NCBI GenBank assembly: GCA_964016885.1
Contig: OZ024742.1
Span: 96,348,001 to 96,412,000, forward strand
DNA: 64,000 nt
Origin: Eledone cirrhosa
Lineage: Eukaryota
Reading direction: 5' to 3'
Part shown: positions 53,240 to 64,000 of the stretch, piece by piece
How the letters are laid out: each line of letters opens with the position of its first letter
Position numbering within the stretch: the stretch's first letter is position 1
Position numbers and translations under genes: made by a program
Notes under the pieces: generated by a model
The model's input: only the letters and a program-made list of their open reading frames with translations
What the model was told of the DNA's origin: nothing
The model's database searches: none

Positions 53240-53860
53240 CACAGCAATAGTTCTCATCTCAATGCGTGTGCTGTACAAGTTTATACAATTTTGTGTACTT
53301 CTTGCAGTGATAGTAAGCCAGGGATCATTCTGATATAATTTTAGATTACTCTTTTGATCAGTCCTAGTTCTTTTAAAATCATTGGTATTGTAACAACCTT
53401 GTGATGCCTCATTTTTTCAATTTCAATGAAGAAATCCTTATATTTTCTGAACCTGACATATTCTTTTGCTGCAATATTTTGCTCCCATGAGATGCCCACA
53501 TCAATCAATAAACATATTTGAACCTTTTTAATCAAAATATATGGTTTTTGGATTTTCCAAACAGTCTGGAGTCATCCATAAGCGGCAGCTTATTGATAAC
53601 TGGATTGCCACATTGCTAACCGTTTCAAATTTCCTAAGTGTCAGTATAATAGGTATAAGGTCAATGACAAATATTAATGGTGAAAATGAGTCACTTTGGA
53701 AGAACCCATTTTATTTTTACATCTACAAAGATTACAGTGCTTAAATAAAACTTGGTCTCCCAATCTAGCATACTATTCAGAAGTAAAGTTGTGATGTTGT
53801 CAGCAATACCAAACATCTGCAGGCATTCAACAATCCAAGAATGAGGCACCATATCATATT
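53240..53860 (-). pseudogene. R4/Dong-clade LINE fragments
   Basis: CLLIDV..EQNIAAKEY...KYKD..IEIEKM and YDMVPHSWIVECLQMFGIADNI. Confidence 0.7.
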
Positions 53861-53867
53861 ATTATTA

Positions 53868-54052
53868 TTGGATTGGCAGTATCGGTAGAGCATCAGGCAC
53901 CATGCATACAGTTATGGCCCTTTATGTTCTGAGTTCAAATCCCGCAGAGGTTAACTTTGCCTTTCATCCTTACAGGGTCGATGTAATAAAGTACCAGTAA
54001 TGCACTGGGATAATTGCTGGCCTTGTGCTAAAAGTAGATGCAATTATTATCA
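53868..54052 (+). mobile_element. SINE family 1
   Basis: Full motif set; inserted after ATTATTATT. Confidence 0.85.
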
Positions 54053-54470
54053 TTATTGTTGTTGTTGTTAGATGCTATCCAACTATTTTGCTCATGGTCT
54101 CCTGCTGGCTGGTTTTGCCTGTATATTCTGCCAGTGATTCTTTCCTTAGATATTCTAACCACTTGTCCATAGCACTACAGCTGTGAACTCTCAATGTAGA
54201 GAAATAGCAGCTCTAGTTGGAATGATAAATTGGTGTTGAAGCTATGCACCCTATTGAATAATGTCATTTCAACGACGCAGCAGATAAACCCCGTTTTGGC
54301 TGCTTGTATTCATGATCATATTCTTACAGTCCTTACCCAAGTTTCATGATCACAAACACAAGTAGGCAAGAACACTGAATTGAAGATAGCAAGTTTAATT
54401 TTTACTCCTAACTGTCTTCTTCTGATGAATGAGTGCTGAAGCTGGTGCATTATTGCACAAGCTTTAACAA

Positions 54471-54667
54471 TTAATTGTTTCTACTTTTGGCACAAGGCCA
54501 GCAATTATTCCAGTGTATTACTGGTACTTTATTTTAACGACCCCGTAAGGATAAAAGGCAAAGTTAACCTCAACGGGATTTGAACTCAGACCATAAAGGG
54601 CCGTAACTCTTTGCTGCAAAGCATGACATCCGACCCTCTACCGATACTGCCAATCGACCACCAATCG
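54471..54667 (-). mobile_element. SINE family 1 with 19-bp TSD
   Basis: ACAAGCTTTAACAATTAAT at 54457-54475 and 54668-54686. Confidence 0.9.
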
Positions 54668-55750
54668 ACAAGCTTTAACAATTAATGAATTTGATTCAGC
54701 TTCCTGCCTTCCATTACTCATGGAAATGGCTTGGAGATATTTGAACTTTTCCAGCTGCTTCAGTTTAATTCCACTCACATGAGTGAAAGCAAATATGACA
54801 GTTACTGTATAACTTGCATGGCCTAGTAGTTAGTGTTGGCTTCACAAACATGATGTCATTTTCAATGCTTCCATGGGTTAGATGGGTTGTCCACGTTGAG
54901 AGACAAGTCTGGCCACAATTGACCATGCCGTACCTGCTCTGATGGGACTATAAATTTGGCCCTTTCTAACACCAACCACATTTATATATATATATATATA
55001 TACACATGTGTATGTGTGTTAGAGATAATTCACTAAACCCACTGAAAGTATTGGTCATATTGAAAATTAATTGGATCAATAAAGTAGTCTACATGCTAAA
55101 ATTTAATCAAGAAAGGGTTAAACAGAGTTCACAGGAAAGAATAGAATAAATATGGATGTTATCAGAAAACAATTATACTGATTAAGATAGTGATTTTCAT
55201 TAGAAGTAAAAATTGGAGCTTAAAATGACAAAGACAAGACTCACAACGATGCCAAATTTTGTCTATGTTCAAGAGAACTTGCTACTAGTAACATTTAAAG
55301 TTTTCTGTGAACAAGCAGATATCAGGTTATCTGGAGGGAAACAATGCAGTTATAAATAGGAATAGTTGGACTTAATGAATGCAAGATTTCACTGCTCTAC
55401 CATCATTCCTTCATAGTCAGCCTATGAACCTTTCAGCTTATCCTCGTAAAATATAAAATATATAACGACAAGCATTTTTGGACATTTTTCTTGCATAAAG
55501 CAGGGGTTAGCCATTTGGGGCACCATGACTTGCTTCTCCATTTTGATTTATTCTCTGCAATACCTCTCACCAATGCCTTTGCTTCCATTTGCTCCTCCAT
55601 CTCTTTTAATCATGTCTTACTTGAGTTGAAAATCCTTTTTAGGTGGGTGATATTCATGTTCTCAAGTATAGTGTGGTAATATATATATATATAAAATTGT
55701 AAAATAAGAGGAAATAATAGACACAGACATATACCTATTTTTTCTTCAAA

Positions 55751-55843
55751 GTCCTGACTGTACAGTTTTGCTGATCCGTATGCAGCAATTGTACATTATA
55801 GATATGCATCAATGTTGTGAGGCCAATCAGCTTATCGAGGAAC
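55751..55843 (-). ncRNA. Decayed hammerhead in a pLTR-like repeat (partial second copy 56773-56875)
   Basis: gttcct C-GATAA gctgat..atcagc AAAA ctgtacag TC aggac. The second copy keeps GAAA CTGTACAG TC. Confidence 0.5.
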
Positions 55844-56215
55844 ACCTTAGGGAAAAGGACTGTTTTCCAGATGTGTTTGTAGAAAGTGAGAACATTTCTA
55901 TAGGCAGAGGGAGGAATTAACACGTAATACATCGGTCAAGAAAGAGGACTGATTCCCTTGTAGCAAGTGAAAAATATCTCGAAGGGTGGAGTAAGAAATT
56001 AATACAGAGGTCACAGGTGGGTAGTAAGGTAGACAGAAAGCGATTATCATGTTTGCTAGAGAAAGCAGTTACTACATTTTCAGGTTAACTCAACCATAAG
56101 AGAGTTTGAGACAATATAATAATGAGATACACACATATACATATATACACATATACATGCATATATATATATATACGATATTAACAAATGGAAACTATAT
56201 TTATAAAACCATATT

Positions 56216-56280
56216 TATTTCATTATACATATTTCAAGGACACCAAGTTAAATTATGGTGTGCTTTCATCAGATAAAATA
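56216..56280 (-). ncRNA. Type I hammerhead ribozyme (left arm, minus strand)
   Basis: Reverse complement of 56426-56490; TCATCAG and TTTC are intact on the plus strand. Confidence 0.8.
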
Positions 56281-56425
56281 TAATATAGAGCAGTTTTATA
56301 AATAAATATTGACATACCCTTAAATAATGCAACCATTACTGTTGGAAGCTCCCGGAGCTTCCAACAGTAATGGTTGCATTCTTTAAGGGTATGTCAATAT
56401 TTATTTATAAAACTGCTCTATATTA

Positions 56426-56490
56426 TATTTTATCTGATGAAAGCACACCATAATTTAACTTGGTGTCCTTGAAATATGTATAATGAAATA
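56426..56490 (+). ncRNA. Type I hammerhead ribozyme (right arm)
   Basis: tattttat CTGATGA aagcacacca-taatttaact-tggtgtcctt GAAA T atgt A T A atgaaata. Confidence 0.82.
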
Positions 56491-58417
56491 AATATGGTTT
56501 TATAAATATAGTTTCCATTTGTTAATATTGTATTTTTTACTCCAATTATTTGTTGAGTGCTTTATATCAGTTATAAAAAGATTTGCTTGTTGTATCCCAA
56601 CAATTTAAATTGAACTTTCCCATATATATATATATATATATATATATTTTTTGGTTTTTTTTCATATGTATGCGAGTGTGTGTGGTCTCAACCTTGACCA
56701 ATGCTGCTCGATGATCGGAAGAGACAAAATAACCAAGATCACTAAATTGACTCGATAATCAGAGCTATATATCAAATTATAAAATAAGAGGAAATAATAG
56801 ACACAGATATATACCTATTTTCTCATCAAAATCCCGACTGTACAGTTTCGCTGATCCGTATGCGACAATTGTATTCAACTCAGAGCTGATCAGTGGCCAT
56901 TTAATTCTGTAGGTCCTTACATTGATTTAATAGCATCATCTGTTAAGTGGGGTAAACCTATGTGTATATTAAAGTTTACTTAAAAATAAATTCATGGAGC
57001 ATTGTATCATCAACATACCTAAATGTATTTCACTGTGAATTACTGCTATAACATATAACTAAACCTTTCAGTGTGTTAGAAACGTAATATCAGTTGAGAA
57101 TTAATTATAAATATTTTAGATAGAAAGCTAACCAATGACCAGAAGTTCTTAGAATGATTTACTAGCATGATCTGGTGATTGAATGCTTTGAATAAAACTG
57201 AGCAACTCTTTGTCCGTTCATGCAAGGTCCTTATAGTGATTTAATAGCATTGTCTGTTGAATGAATGTTTTGGGTAAAACTATGGTGTATAGTGATATGT
57301 TTATACATATCAATACACACATGGTTTGCTTAGAAATTCATGGAGCCTTTTATATATATATCACAGATTTGAAACATAATACTTGCTAAGAAACTCATGG
57401 AGCATATTATAAATATATATATTATCGGACTTATAACAAAATATTTGACAAAAATTTAAAAAAACATTTCACTGAGAATTACTGCTTTAGCATATAACTA
57501 AATATTTCAATGAGTTAGAAAACTAATCTCTGTTGAAAAATTGGTTTTAAAATGTTAGATTTACTTGCCAAAGAATGGACATATTAGAAATGAAGAAAGA
57601 AAACTGTCGAGTTATAAAAATAAAGCAATGATTGATCCTGTTTTTCTATTATTATTCACCAAAATCACTGTTCTAAGACATTGTGTGAATTTATGCAAAA
57701 TACACACAAAAATGCACACAGATTTATGTATAAACAATGATATGTATATATATATGTGTGTGTGTGTGCATATATATATATATATATATAACATGTGTGT
57801 GAGTGTGTATACATACATATGTGTGTCTGTGTGTGAACGCAAGCATATATGAAAGTTCATGTATTATATGTATGTGTTATTGTAAACATTTACATGTATA
57901 TACTCCTTCATGTACATAGAAACATATATGAGAGAGAAATAGAGTTGATTTGTGAGTAAATACATAGGCATCGGCTCCTACACACAGATAGACACCTGTC
58001 TAAAGCTCAATATATATATATATATATATGGAGAAAGAGAGAGAAAGAGAGAGAGAGATAGAGAGGGGGAGGGGGAGAGAGAAACCTAGTATATATATAT
58101 ATAAAGATTTACAAACATAGACATATATGTATTTGTAAACACAACCATATACGAAATTTCACACATATATTTTTGTGATAGGTTCCAGCATGAACACAAA
58201 CAATCACCTGTATACGTGTATGTATAAACATATACATACATTCAAAAAAATAAACACATAAACACATATAGGCGCACACATGTGCAAACATAAACATTCA
58301 CCTCTTATTTTCAATAGATCTATTACATCTTACCTGGAAATAAAACCAAAATAATGTATATATATATATATATATGTTAAAAAGTACAAGCTTAGCATGT
58401 ATATATTTAAATATATG

Positions 58418-58471
<54 letters not shown>

Positions 58472-59039
58472 TGTAATCACTCATTGAGTGCTTTTGCTGA
58501 AAAGACTCATACAGATTATCCTGTCCAAATTCTTTAAGGCTGTGGCAGGTTTGCAATTTTCTGCTTTGTTCAATCATGATGAATATCTGACAAGTTATTG
58601 CAGTGGAAGAGAGAGATTTGATAGAGCAGCATAATAACAATATAAATAACAACCAATAATAGTAACAACAACAAAAACAACAACAACAACAACAACAATA
58701 ATAATAATAATAATAATGTATATAATAGGTATAATAATAATACAATTTTAAAAAAATAATAATGATGATATACAAAAAATGTTACTTGCAAAAATAATAT
58801 AAATAGACATACAGCCAAAAATAATAGATAGATACATAGATAGATAGATAAATCAATAGATAGATTCTAATTTAAAACCTTGGTTTAAAAAGGAATAACA
58901 AACAAAACATTAGTATTGAGATGATAGGGTAAAGGTAAAGGGCAAATGAGATGATAATATCATTTCATTTCATTTCATTTTACGTTCGCTTTTCCCTGAG
59001 AATATCAATAATAGTAATAATATAATGACAATAATCATA

Positions 59040-59535
59040 ATAATAATGGTTTCTAATTTAGTTACAAAGCTAGAAATAAGAAGGAGCTGAAATTGATTTT
59101 GTTGATTTCCCCGTGCTTTACTGGTAATTTATTTTATTGACCCTTGAAAAAATGAAAGTCAAATTTCGCTTCAGCAGAATTTGAACTCAGAATATAAAGA
59201 ACCAGAAAAAATGCAGCAAATCATTTTGTCAGATGCTCTAATGATTCTGCCAATCTATCAGTATAAGAACACCATTAACAATAAAAACTTCAACAACAAC
59301 AACAATAATAATGATAATAATAACATTAATAATAATCAAAATAATAATGGGCACAATTCTAGTGTGAGGGGGAAGTTAATTAAATTGTCTCCAGTGTGTT
59401 ACTGGTACTTAATTTTATCAACCCCATAAGATGAAAGGCAAAGCTAAGATTTGACTTCAGAATATAAAGAACCAGAGCAAGTATGACAAATTATTTTGTC
59501 AAATACTCTAATGATTCTGCTAATCTCTCACCATA
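59040..59535 (-). mobile_element. Two degenerate SINE family 1 copies in (AAT)n
   Basis: ATGAAAG.CAAA and GATTTGAACTCAGAAT remnants. Confidence 0.65.
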
Positions 59536-59569
59536 ATAGTAATAACAACAACAAACATAATTTGAAATA

Positions 59570-60630
59570 TAGTCATCCCAACACAAGTGATCATATTTAG
59601 TGGAGATCTTTATAAATAATAATTGAGAATGTCATAGAGAGTATCCCTGGAGATGAGAAAAAGTGGACAGAGGAGCCTGCAAGAAATCAAAATCCAGCAT
59701 CTAAGAGATGCTGGATGGCTGCATTAAGCACTAGTTTAAAGAGATGTTGGCCACCAATCCTGTTTTCTTAAGATATTGTAAACCTATATGCAAAAGTGTA
59801 AACAACTCTTGACTTAAGAAGTATTACGAAAATTGAGAATTTATCTCATGTAACTGGCATTGAATTACTATCAGGTGAATGATTGAGTGTTCTACGTGAT
59901 GAAGGCTACAAATATCTTGGAATACCAGAGATTGGTTAGTCATTGCATGGGCAAATGAAAGACAAAAACATATTCACAAAGCCAAAACTTCGTGAGTTCA
60001 AACTGTATGTAAGAAACTTAATTCTTACTATAAACATCTGAGCTGTATCTGTGATAAGGTACAGTACTAAGATCTTCAAGTAGACTAAGATTGAGGTTGA
60101 TGACTGAGACAGCAGAATAAGAAAAATGATATACAAGTATAAGCACAATGAAATGTACTGTTCAAGAGGAGGACTGAAAATGATACATAATTTATCAACA
60201 ATGAAAGGTGAGCCATCAATTACCTCCCAATAAATAGTAATTAAATTCTTCTACAGTATGCTCAGCAGCAAAAGAGAGGGATGACAAAAAGGAAGCAGTA
60301 ACGAAAAGAGAAACAGTGGTTTGAGTAAAAAGAAAAGAAGCTCTATGTAAAATAGAAGCAGTATTTTGAAGGATATTGCATATCTAATTTGGATGACAAA
60401 TTCATGAATTAAAGACTGAAAGGGCTTGAGAAAGTCTCACCCATAATACTCTAAAAAAGGAAACTGAAGCACTACTGATTTCAGCCCAAGAACATGCATT
60501 GAGTACTAAGTTGGTGTCTAAAAGTGTATATCATTTTGGTGAAAGTGTGAAGAGCCATTTGTGTGAAAAAATACAGAAAGTTTCACCAACATAGTGAGCA
60601 CATGCAACATTTTAAATCAAAATGAAAGGA
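59570..60630 (+). pseudogene. Old R4/Dong LINE remnant
   Basis: EGYKYLGI, IN..AVSVIRYS and LKKETEALLISAQEHALST motifs. Confidence 0.65.
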
Positions 60631-60759
60631 GGATCGTGACAGGAGCACATTTGGCTGTGGGTCTGCTGGATTGAGGTGGACCAGGGTTGATCAACAACAG
60701 CTAAAATGAACTCTTCACTTAAATATAATGGGAAGCAACACCTTCTTCTCCACACTCAC

Positions 60760-60837
60760 CTTTCTCTTCAGTAAGTTCTGGAAGAATTTCGTAATGGTTT
60801 TTTCCGAACACAAAGTGTCTTGTCCTTGATAATAATG
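60760..60837 (-). other. Candidate internal exon (78 nt) of an unidentified host gene
   Basis: Acceptor tgtgttttttag| and donor AAG|gtgagt. Length is a multiple of 3 and two frames are open. Confidence 0.4.
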
Positions 60838-61895
60838 CTAAAAAACACAATAACAGCAACAATTGTGATCATAATAAAAAAAAAACAATAATATTTGCTG
60901 TTTACTGTATCTGCATGAAGTCTGCTCTATTAAGTGGATGTGAGTAGAAGTTCACATATTTATTCTTGTTGCAAAGAGCATGAGCAATGTCAGTTAAAAA
61001 AATACAGTTACTCTAATTGTGAGGAAAAATTGTGGTTAGGTGCTTGATTTTCCTAACAGCACTTACTCATAAACAAGACTGGGGGCACTATCACCAACAA
61101 CAATAATATATTATTAGTAATAATAATAGTAACAATAAAATGTTATGACAAAAGAATGGACCTGCTATATTGAATAAATATTGGTATGAAAAGAAAAAAT
61201 ATATATATATTTTGTCAGAGGAGCTTCATCTTTGGAGAGATGTGAGTTGCACTTTTCACTTGTTCCCATAATTGAGGGGAAAATTAGTGTATGCATGCAT
61301 GTCGAAATACGTGTGTATGGGTATGTATGTATCTATGTGTATGTTTACATGTATGTATAGATATAGATATATTCCCATGGACATATATATAGAGACATAT
61401 ATATACATTAAACCATATGTAATTTTGTAGAACTGATCATATATATAGGTAAAACACACATGTATATATGTTGAATATTAAATGTGAATGACATCAACAT
61501 AGAAAATGGAGTTTTAACTGGTAGTGGTGGTATTAAGGACAATTATGATTGAGGGAAGAAGACAGTGATTTAGTGTGTGAGGATATATATATATATATAT
61601 ATATGCATATATTCACATGTGCACATATGTACACATATTGATACAGATACATGTATACTTGTAAGTAAATGTTCGTACATATATGGACAATATGTTTCAA
61701 GATTTGCCTCTACATTTATTGTTAGGCATATAAAATACAACACGTGTACACAAACAAAACATATAGAATTTATACATAGATATCACTATATATATATACA
61801 TATATATATATACACACACACATATATATACATATATATATATGTACATATATATATATACATATAAGTTCATATATTTACATACATACATATAT

Positions 61896-61976
<81 letters not shown>

Positions 61977-62135
61977 CGATCCATCTAACAAACTTTCAAT
62001 CTGAGCAATCGGGGTTGATCTCGCTAAAACAAAATGTGATCTATTAATGCCAGAGGAATGTTTTTTTTTGCGGTTGTTCCAGAAAATTCCTTCTTCCACT
62101 GTATTTATCTAAAGAGTGCTTTTTATACATACATT

Positions 62136-62241
<106 letters not shown>

Positions 62242-62536
62242 CACACGCACTTAAAAGCATATATATATACATTTGCATATATATATATACTCTTACACTG
62301 GCGCATACAAACATATATATATATACATTCACACATATATGTATATGTTTTAAAGTTTGGGGTTAAAACCAGGTTGTGTTAGATTGATGCAGAACTATTG
62401 AAACTGCCATCCTTATTCTGGTTTATATATATTACATGCTGTTTTCTTTCTGGAACAATCTGTAGCAGGCATTTATTGTATTTATTCCAATAAATAAAGA
62501 AAACATATTGCTTTATTTTTATTATTATTTTTTTTG

Positions 62537-62928
62537 TGGATTGGCTGTATTGGTAGAGCTTTGGACAACGTACCTTGCAGAATAGAGTAACAGCCCTTTA
62601 CTTTCTTAGTTCAAATCACACAGAGGTTAGCTTTGCCTTTCATTCTTTTGGGATTAATTAAAGGAAGTAGCAATAATGCACTATAGTTAATTTTATTGAC
62701 TTTCACCTTACCGCAAAATGTTTGGCCTAGTGCTGGTGGATTGGCAGTATTGGCAGAGCATCAGACACCGTGCTTTGCAGCCTAGAGTTATGGCCCTTTA
62801 CGTTCTGAGTTCAAATCCCGCCATGGTTAGCTTTACCTTTCATCCTTACGGGATTGATAAAATAAAACAGTAATAATGCACTGGGGTAATTGCTGGCCTT
62901 GTGCCCAAATTATAAACAATTATTATCA
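62537..62928 (+). mobile_element. Two tandem SINE family 1 copies
   Basis: Heads near 62537 and 62735; another partial copy lies at 63478-63640. Confidence 0.8.
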
Positions 62929-63716
62929 TCTGTGTGTTTATGTGGTGGTTGTAATATTCACCCCACCAAAAATCTATCACATCACTAACAGCACTCATAC
63001 CACAATCTTCTTCTTCTTCTTCTTCTTCTTCTTCTTCTTCTGTTGCTGCCTGGTATACTTTTCTATGAATATGAAAAACATTTTGTTATTCTCTTTGTGC
63101 ACAGAAAAACATGTTGACTGCTACATAATTCACAGTTCACTGGCTGTTTATTAGAAGACAGGCACCTCTTGTCTTTTCACCTATAAAGAGAACATATTGC
63201 TTAATGCTATTTATATTAAACACAAACAAGAACTTAACTGAAATGGCCAGTCTAAAATGTAAACAGATCTCTATCTTTTTTACTATAACACACTTTGCTG
63301 GTGAACAGCCAACTAGATGTGAAACATATAGAGGCAAATTTTTATGTTTTTTCTTTGTGCAGAGAGAATATTTTTCACAATTGTTTACAATTCTCACCAA
63401 AGCTTATAAAGTATAATAATACCAACATTATATTGATCTCATAAGTTCTTCTTCAGACATGCTCTGTAATATATAGAGATAGCCTTTACTTTCAGAGTTT
63501 AAATCCCGTCATAGCTAGCTTTGCCTTTCATCCTTATGGGATTGATAACATAAAGTACCAGCAATGCACTGGGGTAGAATAATGGACCTTTCCACTTGAA
63601 ATTGCTGGCCTTGTGCCAAAAGTTGAACAGTTATTTTATTACTGTGTGTTTGTGCAGTATGTGGTATATATATAGTAAATATATATATATAATATATATA
63701 TATATAATATATATAT

Positions 63717-64000
63717 CTTAGTGGTTATAGCATTGGCCTTGCAATCGAAAGGTTGTGAGTTCAATTCTCAGACCGGGTGATGTGTTGTTTCCTTGAGCAA
63801 GACACTTTATTTCACATTGCTCCAGTTTACTCAGCTGTAGAAATGAGATGATAGGGACTGGAGTCCCTATCGTTCCACTGCAAAGTGGTCGTGGAAGTGC
63901 CACGGCAAAAAAGCACCCAGCACTCACTGTAAATGAGGTTGGTGTTAAGAAGGGCAGCCATCTGTAGAAATCAAGCCAGAATCAGTTCCCGTCCCACCCT
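63717..64000 (+). mobile_element. SINE family 2 (runs off the window)
   Basis: Near-identical to 11797-12120. Confidence 0.85.

Larger units (their letters stand above)
56174..56621 (+). mobile_element. Fold-back hammerhead element (family H1), near-perfect palindrome plus tail, in (TA)n
   Basis: Arms 56174-56352 and 56354-56532 around centre 56353; tail of about 89 nt. Confidence 0.9.

Noticed and set aside
57130-57205. Possible C/D box snoRNA
   Set aside because: CTGA is present, but there is no good RTGATGA box or terminal stem.

Overview
Repeat-dense, AT-rich animal genomic DNA, probably cephalopod/octopus judging by its SINE families. No intact host gene is recognisable; only a few candidate minus-strand exons are visible. 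The window holds a near-complete RTE LINE with three C-terminal C2H2 fingers and two Penelope-like (Naiad-type GIY-YIG) remnants. It also holds two tandem full-length Tx1/L1-like LINEs in (ATT)n, plus Helitron, hAT and R4/Dong remnants and many copies of two tRNA-derived SINE families. The most striking signal is a set of four 300-700 bp fold-back elements in (TA)n tracts. Each carries a minimal type I hammerhead ribozyme (intact or decayed) about 50 nt from the outer end of its arms and an unpaired 3' tail. One copy has intact hammerheads on both strands. Secondary signals: the dominant SINE shares its 3' tail with the Tx1-like LINE; the two LINE copies have divergent ORF1s but near-identical ORF2s with two shared stop codons; and a hAT remnant preserves an apparent hairpin-opening footprint. 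All coordinates, alignments and folds were read by eye and are approximate.
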